Source: Nitrosopumilaceae archaeon
GTDB lineage: Archaea > Thermoproteota > Nitrososphaeria > Nitrososphaerales > Nitrosopumilaceae
NCBI GenBank assembly: GCA_965208905.1
Contig: OZ242365.1
Span: 1,856,001 to 1,920,000 of the forward strand
Reading direction: 5' to 3'
Length of the DNA: 64,000 nt
Part shown: positions 52,631 to 61,356 of the stretch, piece after piece
How the letters are laid out: each line of letters opens with the position of its first letter
How positions within the stretch are numbered: the stretch's first letter is position 1
Notes under the pieces: model-generated
Told to the model about the DNA's origin: nothing
The model's database searches: none
Seen by the model: only the letters and a program-made list of their open reading frames with translations
Made by a program: the position numbers and the translations under genes

Positions 52631-53160
52631 TTCTTTTTTTCATTTCACCTCCTTTTTAGTGGATAGTCGGACCTGACCATGGTAAACTTCCATCCGCCCT
52701 CGGAGGGGCTGAAGCTTTTCACGTACCTTGAGCCATTCTGGTAAGCGCCCTCGGAGGGGCCAGTTCCTGTCGACTCTCAGGTCCAACAGGAAGAGTACAT
52801 GTGTCGCCGATATAACAACGACACATAGCTTCTGGTAACTTGTTGTGAGATGGGCCACCGCAACGTGCGCATGCAGGCATGCAGCCTGCGCGGCATGTGG
52901 CGGTGCAATACGCCATGGACGTGCACCAGTACGTGGCGGCTGCGCGGCACCTCGATATGCCGCGAGCTGCGGCGGCGCATTGCCGAGGGCCCCTTGGCCA
53001 ATTCGCGCTGAGCCTAAACGCGTACCGACATCAGGATAGTGGAGAGTGGGGGACATGAAGTCTAGACCCAATCTTCTCAAGAACCAACCCGTACCGGTAT
53101 GTGGGACCCTGGCATTTCAAATGCCAACCTTTGGATGCTGTGTATTGCTCTTGAGCGAAA

Positions 53161-53586
53161 CTAGAACGTTTTCTTCTTCTTGAGAAATGCAGTTACTACT
53201 ACTTGGAATACTATCATCGATACGACATGGGAAACTATTGATGTCAAATACGGTTCTATGCCAATCTCGAGAAAATAGTAATGCGTAGACCACCTGATTA
53301 CGAAAAAGATTATCTCGCCAACCACAAGCGCGGAAATGACGTCAAACAATTCTTTCCTGACCAGTTTGGGCTCCATTCCCCTGTGGCGTACCCTGTTGTC
53401 AAGATAGAACAGGGACGAGAAAACCGCAAAAAACGCGAGATACCCTATGGCCACGGCGACTGTAGTGTTGATGTAATTGTCGTAGCCGGCCAAAAGTTGT
53501 GCAGCTACCGTGGACGATGCCTGTGAGGATAGCGAGCAAACAAGGAGGTTTCTGTTAATTTTCAGCAGGTGCTTGTTTAGAATCAC
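53161..53586 (-). CDS. Small four-TM membrane protein (GtrA-like)
   Basis: Hydrophobic pattern, GEIIFFVIRW and a Lys-rich tail. Confidence 0.65.
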   Translation of the reverse strand: MILNKHLLKINRNLLVCSLSSQASSTVAAQLLAGYDNYINTTVAVAIGYLAFFAVFSSLFYLDNRVRHRGMEPKLVRKELFDVISALVVGEIIFFVIRWSTHYYFLEIGIEPYLTSIVSHVVSMIVFQVVVTAFLKKKKTF

Positions 53587-53741
53587 ACGCTGGCTCGATC
53601 AGCTAATAATTTAAAGTATTGCACGCGTTTAGGCTCAACATAAACACCTTCTAGATTTTACTGGTTTGTTTGGTATGATCCATGTGGTTTGACATGCAAT
53701 ATGGCCAGCTCATACCTGTTATTGCTACAAAAATTGCCAGA

Positions 53742-54053
53742 TCAATACCGCCTGCACCCTCTCCAACAAAAGGTTCTACTCAATGGGACTGCTAGGCAAC
53801 GGCACCCTCTACTGCACTTGTTTACGATGTCATCATACGTCATGCCATCGCCAGAGTCCTCAATTGTTATTGTTGCATCCTTCCCGCGATTTGAAGCAAA
53901 GTTTTCGAACGCAACAGTGACTTTGGACGCATCGGCGTCATACCCGTTCTTGACGAGCTCGAAAAGCGCTGCCGTGTCACTGGAGACTGATTCCCGTCCC
54001 AACAACTGGGCCAATTTTCCACTGAACCGAAACTTTAGGGACTGTTGGCTCAT
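53742..54053 (-). pseudogene. Truncated GHKL (HATPase_c_3/MORC-like) ATPase, paralog of the 59094 N-terminus
   Basis: AQLLGRESVSSDTAALFELVKNGYDADA and IEDSGDGM. Homology stops at ~53817. Confidence 0.85.
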
Positions 54054-54159
54054 GACATCAAATGTATATTCACGGCTATATCTGTTATTTGTGTGCCAAA
54101 TCCGGACATGCACAAACAACCGCTTCTATTTCTGTTACATACATGCATGAGACTCAGAT

Positions 54160-55296
54160 CTACTCGCCCCTAGCCAGCAACTTTTTGATCTGTTCGGCAA
54201 TCACTTGGGCGAAAATTGGAGGCACGGCGTTGCCTATCTGCAAATATTGCTTCGTTCTGGGTCCCTCGAAAACGAAATCATCGTTGAACGACTGCAACCG
54301 TGCCGCTTCCCTAGGGGTAAGGGAACGGTTTTGTGACTTGTCGGGATGGATAAACATCAGGCCATCTTTGGAAAGGTGGGCCAGAACAGTGGAAGACGGC
54401 CTTTGCCAAGGCTGTTTCTTGTACTTATCCAAGAATATATCCCTCCGGTATGGGTTGTACCTGCTGGGTATGTCCTTTATAGTCTTTCCAGGTTTCAACA
54501 TTCTGAAAATTTTAAGATCTCTGTCATTGTGCATCCGTGCTACGTGGTTGTGTATTAGTCCGGATTTCGAGTGGAGCGACGTTGCATAGTCAGAACTCTT
54601 GGCAGTTGGAACGTACCCCATCATGTTTGATCCTTCCCCTGCATGAATTTTGGGCAGATCAGATATTGCCTCGCGCACGGTGACAAAAGGCTTTTTGTCG
54701 TCTGCCCCGCATGAGTGTGTCTCTTCTAGTTCCGGATTCTTTGATCTTATACGGTTTCCAATGGCCAGCGCGCGCCTCCTGTGCTGTGGAACGCCGAATC
54801 CTGCAACATCTTTTTTGTAAAATGACACACAATACTTGCCCCGTAGGATGGACTCCACATCACTTACGACTTGTCCGTCGCCGATGGAGAACATGCGTTC
54901 TACGTTTTCCATAACGAAGAATTTTGGGCGCACTTCCAAGACCAGACGCAGGAATTCCCTGTATAGTTGGTTTACCGGATGGCTCATGGTGCTTGGCCTT
55001 CCCAACGACCGCCACTTGGCAATCGCCACGGTGCTAAATGCTTGGCATGGCGGCCCCCCAGTCATTACGTCTATGACTCTGCGCCCCGAGTGTGCCCGGA
55101 TGTCTTTCCCACTGACTTTGGCGATATCAGCTGCCAATCCGTTTCCATCGTTATGCCGACTGTAAGTCGTAACTGCGTGTTCGTCTATGTCGATGCCAAG
55201 AACAGGCAAGAATCCAGCCCGTTTGAAGCCCTCGGAAAGCCCTCCGCAGCCACAAAATATGTCCACAACAACGGGTTGCTTCGTGCCGTCACTCAT
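54160..55296 (-). CDS. dcm: DNA (cytosine-5) methyltransferase
   Basis: DIFCGCGG, GGPPCQ, MENV, GVPQHRRR, REAARLQSF and QIGNAVPP. Start placed at MSDGTK. Confidence 0.95.
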   Translation of the reverse strand: MSDGTKQPVVVDIFCGCGGLSEGFKRAGFLPVLGIDIDEHAVTTYSRHNDGNGLAADIAKVSGKDIRAHSGRRVIDVMTGGPPCQAFSTVAIAKWRSLGRPSTMSHPVNQLYREFLRLVLEVRPKFFVMENVERMFSIGDGQVVSDVESILRGKYCVSFYKKDVAGFGVPQHRRRALAIGNRIRSKNPELEETHSCGADDKKPFVTVREAISDLPKIHAGEGSNMMGYVPTAKSSDYATSLHSKSGLIHNHVARMHNDRDLKIFRMLKPGKTIKDIPSRYNPYRRDIFLDKYKKQPWQRPSSTVLAHLSKDGLMFIHPDKSQNRSLTPREAARLQSFNDDFVFEGPRTKQYLQIGNAVPPIFAQVIAEQIKKLLARGE

Positions 55297-55636
55297 ATCC
55301 AAAAACGTACGTGCCATGTATTTAAATTCGTATAATTGGGCAATGCCAATCTCAGTCAATACAAATGTAATTCCAGCCCTCCGGCAGGCCCGGCGGAGAC
55401 TTTGACTAATGGCCAAGTCAGTGAGAAGGTGAAGCGTCTCTGCAAATTCCACTCCCCACTTGAGGTCTGAGGCGTTTGTACTGCCCATCAGAAGATGCGC
55501 CTTGGACATTCGGGCTTGTCGATTATCTACGCGTCATAAAAGAGGCGCGGGTAAAGCCTAACATGCGACCGCTGAGGTTCTGCATCGCGTTTTTGCGCTG
55601 TCCTGTAGTCTGTATCCGGCCTCTATAGCGGAATGC

Positions 55637-55875
55637 AAAAGTTCCTGCACAATTGAAAATCGCCTAGGCACGCACACAGGTTAGGTTGGCAGGACTGTGT
55701 GCGCCTGATTTTGATAAAACATCATACGATTGTGGCCAGTCATATTATCCCTGAGGTGATTAAATGCCTCCTCCGCATACTTTATACTGATTGTTTGACC
55801 CACAGAATCTTTTGCTAGTATTGCCAGCTTTAACAACATCTCCAACCTCTGCTCTCTATCTTGGGGGAACACCTA
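55637..55875 (-). mobile_element. Probable IS remnant (C-terminal fragment plus end) between dcm and vsr
   Basis: Shares ~105 bp with 6968-7072. The fragment AEEAFNHLR resembles the ExxF motif of IS4-like transposases (weak). Confidence 0.45.
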
Positions 55876-55900
55876 AAACAACTACTTGAACGTTAACATT

Positions 55901-56293
55901 ATGGCGGATGTCTTTTCGGTACGGAAGAGGAGCTGGGTAATGTCAAGGATACGCGGAAGGGATACGCAGATCGAAATAATCGTCCGCGACCTGCTGCGTT
56001 CCCGCGGACTGGCATTCGAGGATCATCCGAAAATATATGGCCGGCCCGACTTTCTGGTGGGTACGAGAACCGCGGTGTTCTGTGACGGGGACTTCTGGCA
56101 TGGTTTCCGGTATGATGAGAGGAAGTCCAGTAGTGTGTTCTGGAGGGACAAGATCGAGGGGAACATGCGGAGGGACAGAAAGGTGTCTAGGAAACTGCGG
56201 CGCGATGGTTATTCCGTCATAAGACTGTGGGAACACGACATAAAAAAACGACCCGAGGTATGCCTGAACCGGATAATCCGGTTTATGAGATGA
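55901..56293 (+). CDS. vsr: Very short patch repair endonuclease
   Basis: RSWVMSRIRGRDTQIE, GRPD, FCDGDFWHG, FWRDKIEGNMRRD and RLWEH. Confidence 0.95.
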   Translation: MADVFSVRKRSWVMSRIRGRDTQIEIIVRDLLRSRGLAFEDHPKIYGRPDFLVGTRTAVFCDGDFWHGFRYDERKSSSVFWRDKIEGNMRRDRKVSRKLRRDGYSVIRLWEHDIKKRPEVCLNRIIRFMR

Positions 56294-56380
56294 GACCTAT
56301 GTGGACTACGGGATTGTCGGGAATCACAACAAGCGGCACGTACATCAAATTTTTATGGATCCAAACCCGCATGTCATTCG

Positions 56381-57469
56381 TTGACCGTCTCCAAAATCTA
56401 CTTCAAGGATCTCCTTGAACAACAGGAACAGTGGGATGACTACTCACAATATTGCAGCGAAGTATCTGGAATCATTTCGCGGGAGGTAAAAGAGAATGCA
56501 AGGAACGAGGAGCATCTGATCAATGATTTGAAAAACAGTCCTGAGTTTGAACGCCTTTCCGTCAGAAGCGTCGGACCAAAACTTGAGGAGGCCGAAAAAC
56601 TTCTTACTGACGGACAGGTTGTGGGTGTCGATGGAACAATGGCAAAATATAACTTCCTGTCTGGCGTTCGCTGTCAGATCGGAGTTGTTGCGGTAAACTA
56701 TCAGGGGGAGCAGATCAAACACAGCTTCTTTATCTCACAGGCTGGTCTCAGGGAGGAGGCCGATGCCGTACTTGAGAGGATACTACAGCGTACGGAGGAT
56801 GATGGGGGCCTATCCGACATGCACCTACGCGGACTGATGATGTACAGGGAGAGGGAGGCGGGAATGAATTCAAAGTTTGAGGGAAAATACATAATGTATC
56901 ACGGCCCGCTGATGCCATTCGAGCTCATGTCAGGTCTTGGCCGTTTGCGAGCCTTGGATACCACCTTGGATATGCTGAAGAGAATGGTTCGTTCAAAAAG
57001 GGTGATGAGCGTTATCTCCGCACCGTTGCACAGGGACTATACGTATTTTGGGCTGGCAATGGAGAACGGACAATACTTTACGTATCCGAAAAACGATCTC
57101 GCGACCCACCTCCTACACGCAACAGAGTTTGTAAAGCAGAGGGAGAAATGGAGAGACGAGGAGTTGAGAAAGGTTGAAGAGTTTATCGGTGATTATGCTG
57201 CCCAGATATCAATCGGGGTAATTCGAATAGGACAGCGGCCTTATGTCTTTCATGCGCATAAGGATATTTTTGATACGGCTGCAGGAATAATTGCGCGTGA
57301 CTCAATGTTCCAGAGGGAGAAGGGGTTTCCATTACTGATTGACTACGCGGACAATCTCTGCACCGAGTACTTTCCAAATTCCCAGTTTGCCAGGATGATG
57401 GGCTGGGAGCTGGCAAAGACAAATCTCTATCTGCGGGAATCGGGGGAAAGGAGAATGAGGGTGAAATAA
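56381..57469 (+). CDS. nurA: NurA-domain nuclease
   Basis: VVGVDGT, HGPL and GFPLLIDYAD, immediately upstream of HerA. Confidence 0.8.
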   Translation: MTVSKIYFKDLLEQQEQWDDYSQYCSEVSGIISREVKENARNEEHLINDLKNSPEFERLSVRSVGPKLEEAEKLLTDGQVVGVDGTMAKYNFLSGVRCQIGVVAVNYQGEQIKHSFFISQAGLREEADAVLERILQRTEDDGGLSDMHLRGLMMYREREAGMNSKFEGKYIMYHGPLMPFELMSGLGRLRALDTTLDMLKRMVRSKRVMSVISAPLHRDYTYFGLAMENGQYFTYPKNDLATHLLHATEFVKQREKWRDEELRKVEEFIGDYAAQISIGVIRIGQRPYVFHAHKDIFDTAAGIIARDSMFQREKGFPLLIDYADNLCTEYFPNSQFARMMGWELAKTNLYLRESGERRMRVK

Positions 57470-57470
57470 C

Positions 57471-59090
57471 ATGGTGCAGGACGATCCGATTGGTTTTGTT
57501 AACTTTGATTCCGGTTCTACCGACAGCAACGAGGTTGAGATAATGATTCCACATTCCGGCATGCATGGTATCAGACGCGGTCAATACGTCAGAATCGAAT
57601 CCTCGTTTGAGAATGAAACAAGAAACTTTCTAGCACGTGTTTCAAGGGGTCCGTTCTTTCATCCTGATGCGGTAAGCAGGGATTCCGCATTTGCACGCGC
57701 CTCCGTACTGCATGCAGGAAGCGTCAAATTCAAACCCGACTACCATGGCATATGTTCAGCCCAAATCATGGGGGAGTTAAACCGTGTCGAGATGAAAAAC
57801 CGTGGAACCTTTATCAGGCCCAGACCCCAGGCATCTGTTCATGCCCTGTCGGCACAGGATGTTGAGCGGCTCCTAGGGCTGTCGGGAGACATGTACTTGG
57901 GACTGCTTAATGTCGACCACAAAGTCCGAATACGCCTACCCAGTGACAAAAATGCCGCACTGCCTAGGAATGTCGGAATTTTTGGAACCGTCGGCTCCGG
58001 TAAGACCAACACAAGTCAGGTTCTGATTGAGGAGGCATCGTCAAGCAGTTGGGCAGTCATTGTTCTTGACGTGGAGGGCGAATATGTTGACATGGATCAG
58101 CCATCAAAACAACTACGACTCCCATTTGAAAAATTCGGGGTCGGGCCAAGAGGTGTACAGGCGCTGGATGTCTACCATCCGATAAATACCGAACCTGCAA
58201 GGCCGGACAAATCTCATGAGTTCGGTATCCGGTTTTCATCACTCGAACCACACCTTCTGGCAGAAATCATGGGTCTTAATGAAACACAGAACGAGGCATT
58301 TTATGACATATGGCATGGCATCAAACGGAGGGAAATGCATACGCCCGCAACAAATGCCGGTCTTGTGAGGGCCATTCAGGATGACGAACAGGCAGGGGCA
58401 GGTATAACCCTCTGCGACATGATTGACGAAATCAAGACTATGATTGAAGCGCATCAACCGGGCATGCCTGCAAAATCGACCCTCAGGGTTTTGAGTCGGA
58501 AGTTCAGAAAGATTCAGAGGTACGGAGTTTTCGACCAAGGTGAGGATATGGGAGATTATGGAAACCTGCTCATGCCAAACCAAGTAAGCGTTATTGATCT
58601 CAGCGGCTCGTACAACGACACGATCAACAATGTTGTCGTCATGGATGTACTGAGAAGTGTTTTCGATCTAAAACTGTATGATAAAAACCACAGCCTGCCA
58701 AACGTCCTAATAGTGATAGAGGAGGCGCATACACTGGTCAGCAAGGACAAGGCATCCGAGATGGCGGAAACCTTGGACATACTACGTGAAATTTCCAGGC
58801 GGGGCCGTAAAAGATGGCTGAGTCTGTGCTTTATCAGCCAGCAGCCGTCACACCTGCCCCCGGAAATATACGATCTCTGCAATACGAAAATCGTACACCA
58901 GACATCGGGAGGAAACAACCTTGATGCCATCAGAAATTCTGCAGGCGGGGCGGATTCAGGTGTCTGGAACGACGTACCTGTGCTGGCACAGGGAACCTGC
59001 GTGTTCATCAGCTCATACTTTAAGAACAGGCCGATGTTTGTCGATGTCAGGCCCTGTTCCAGTGCCAGAAGACACGTGGAGGAGGAATAG
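57471..59090 (+). CDS. herA: HerA-family ATPase/helicase
   Basis: HAS barrel, GTVGSGKT, LDVEGEY, IEEAH and RRGRK...SQQP. Confidence 0.92.
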   Translation: MVQDDPIGFVNFDSGSTDSNEVEIMIPHSGMHGIRRGQYVRIESSFENETRNFLARVSRGPFFHPDAVSRDSAFARASVLHAGSVKFKPDYHGICSAQIMGELNRVEMKNRGTFIRPRPQASVHALSAQDVERLLGLSGDMYLGLLNVDHKVRIRLPSDKNAALPRNVGIFGTVGSGKTNTSQVLIEEASSSSWAVIVLDVEGEYVDMDQPSKQLRLPFEKFGVGPRGVQALDVYHPINTEPARPDKSHEFGIRFSSLEPHLLAEIMGLNETQNEAFYDIWHGIKRREMHTPATNAGLVRAIQDDEQAGAGITLCDMIDEIKTMIEAHQPGMPAKSTLRVLSRKFRKIQRYGVFDQGEDMGDYGNLLMPNQVSVIDLSGSYNDTINNVVVMDVLRSVFDLKLYDKNHSLPNVLIVIEEAHTLVSKDKASEMAETLDILREISRRGRKRWLSLCFISQQPSHLPPEIYDLCNTKIVHQTSGGNNLDAIRNSAGGADSGVWNDVPVLAQGTCVFISSYFKNRPMFVDVRPCSSARRHVEEE

Positions 59091-59093
59091 TTC

Positions 59094-61265
59094 GTGGAGG
59101 GCGATGAGGATCTTCTGGTATTGAGACCGGTAGCCAGAATGGCCCAGATTCTGGGCCAGCACCTGATTAGAGACAACATAGTCGGAGTTCTGGAGCTTGT
59201 AAAAAACGGGTACGATGCAGATGCCGAAAACGTGGTTGTAGATCTGAGACATCTGAAGGATCCGGCAAGGACGGAGATCATGGTATTGGATAACGGGACC
59301 GGGATGGACGAGGACACAATAAGAGGCCCGTGGTCGGAGCCGGCGCATGGTGGGAAACAAAACGACAAGAACATACAGAAGAGATCAGGGAAGGGGAGAC
59401 TTCCGCTTGGTGAAAAGGGTGTGGGGAGGTTTGCAACACAGAAGCTTGGAAGAATACTAGAAATGGTGACTAGGCCCAAGGGGAGCAGGTTTGAGTTTCT
59501 GGTAACAATCGACTGGGACGACTTTGACAATAGTGATGCGTACCTTGATCAGATCAGGTTTCCGCTTGAAAGAAGAATTCCGGAAGTCTTTGCCGGAGAC
59601 GCACACGGCACGCGGCTCCTTATGAGGAACTCGCCAACACCGTGGAAACCATCAAACGTAAAGGCTTTACAGGCAGGCATGATGCGGCTGCTTTCACCGT
59701 CAAGAGAGAACAGGGACTTTGCGGTGACGCTGCGCTGTGCCGAATATCCGGAGATGGAGGATCTTGAGAGAGGAATTGTATTGGAAAAGTTTCAGTTCAA
59801 GATTGAATGCCAGATCCGCGAGAACGGAGTTACGTCTTACACCTATGTCCACAGGAATCCTGACGGAACGACCGAAACAATCAAGGAACCGAAGATGAAT
59901 GTCTGGGCCAGTGTCAACAAAAACTGGCAGACGCGGGATCCGGTATGCGGACCGTTAAGGATTATACTGTATGCATGGCTGAGACCCATCGCCAACCTGA
60001 ATGAGTACGGACTCACAAGAGAGCAGCTTGACGAATTATCCGGAGTTAGCATCTACAGGGATGGTTTTAGAATAATTCCGTATGGGGACAAGGGGGATGA
60101 CTGGCTGCGGCTTGACATAAGAAGGACGAACCAGCCCGGTACAAAGTATGGAAACAATCAGATTATTGGTCAGATAGAGATAACGCAGGACAGAAACAAG
60201 GATCTTATTGACAAGACAAGCAGGGAGGGCCTCTGGGAAAACGATGCATATTCCGACATGAGGGATATCGTACTTGGCGTCCTCGGATGCCTTGAAACGG
60301 CAAGTATGGAGGAGCGCGGCAGGGCCAAAAAACAGACCAAGTTGGTAAAGACACTAAAGGCGAAAATAACCGAGCTGGAGAGGCAGGTCAGTGAAATCAA
60401 AAACAGACCCAAAACCCCTGACGTGGAAACCAAGGTAGCAGAAGATGAAGCGGCGACTTCAGAACCTCCGACAGTCAGTGTACCCATTGACAGGCTTGCA
60501 GGCATTGAACAAAGCGCAAGGGAAATAAATCTGTCATCCGACGAAGTTATTAGGGAATCTTCCGAGGTAGCAGAAGAAAAAAGGGAGGAGTTCCTGCATC
60601 TGATGGGGATGGGATTGTCTGCAGAAAGGTTTACCCATGAGTTTGACAGACTGGTCGCTGGAATGTCCCACAACTTTGCCAGAATAGAGGAGAAACACCC
60701 ACATTATGGATGGACCAAGGCTTTAAGGCGTAGTCTGGATCAGCTAATAAACGAGGTCAGTCTCATTTCAACTGCAAGATATGTTCGAAGGCCTCCGAAG
60801 GAACAGGTAGTAGATATCAGGAATGTTTTAAAAATGGCCCTGAACGCCCATCAGTCAATCATAGAGGAATACAAAATACGGGTTGAAATGCCCCAGGGAG
60901 GGGACTTTGAGATTAACATCTCGCTTGCATCCATCTCACAGGTCCTAGACAACGTGATATCCAATGCATTCTACTGGCTTAATCTGAAGAGTGAGATAAA
61001 TGATAGAAGAATTCACATAGCAATAAACGGGCAGGACAGGAGCATCATCATATCGGACAACGCCAGACCCATACCACGTCATATCAAAAACACCCTTTTT
61101 AACAACCCGTTTGTTACAACAAAACCAGACGGAAGGGGTCTGGGTCTTTACATCAGCAATGAGATTCTTAAGAAAAATAACGGAGAGATTGATTTTCTGC
61201 CCGACTCCGATCCGCGTAACATGTATGGACTGGCATCATTTATTATCAGTTTCCATCAGAAATAG
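59094..61265 (+). CDS. GHKL/MORC-like ATPase fused to a C-terminal histidine-kinase module
   Basis: N-terminal ELVKNGYDA, DNGTGM, GEKGVGRF and YRDGFRI. After a coiled coil come the H-box FTHE, N-box NVISNA and TTKPDGRGLGL. Confidence 0.9.
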   Translation: MEGDEDLLVLRPVARMAQILGQHLIRDNIVGVLELVKNGYDADAENVVVDLRHLKDPARTEIMVLDNGTGMDEDTIRGPWSEPAHGGKQNDKNIQKRSGKGRLPLGEKGVGRFATQKLGRILEMVTRPKGSRFEFLVTIDWDDFDNSDAYLDQIRFPLERRIPEVFAGDAHGTRLLMRNSPTPWKPSNVKALQAGMMRLLSPSRENRDFAVTLRCAEYPEMEDLERGIVLEKFQFKIECQIRENGVTSYTYVHRNPDGTTETIKEPKMNVWASVNKNWQTRDPVCGPLRIILYAWLRPIANLNEYGLTREQLDELSGVSIYRDGFRIIPYGDKGDDWLRLDIRRTNQPGTKYGNNQIIGQIEITQDRNKDLIDKTSREGLWENDAYSDMRDIVLGVLGCLETASMEERGRAKKQTKLVKTLKAKITELERQVSEIKNRPKTPDVETKVAEDEAATSEPPTVSVPIDRLAGIEQSAREINLSSDEVIRESSEVAEEKREEFLHLMGMGLSAERFTHEFDRLVAGMSHNFARIEEKHPHYGWTKALRRSLDQLINEVSLISTARYVRRPPKEQVVDIRNVLKMALNAHQSIIEEYKIRVEMPQGGDFEINISLASISQVLDNVISNAFYWLNLKSEINDRRIHIAINGQDRSIIISDNARPIPRHIKNTLFNNPFVTTKPDGRGLGLYISNEILKKNNGEIDFLPDSDPRNMYGLASFIISFHQK

Positions 61266-61356
61266 AATCCAACGTATTCGGCAGTCATGTCTGATTAATA
61301 TCCGCATTATAAAAAACCGGGTCGGGCGACGGGGGCAGTAGTCTTATGCCACGGGC

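Noticed and set aside
55297-55509. N-terminal extension of the methyltransferase
   Set aside because: Motif I begins right after MSDGTK and the extension has no recognisable domain.
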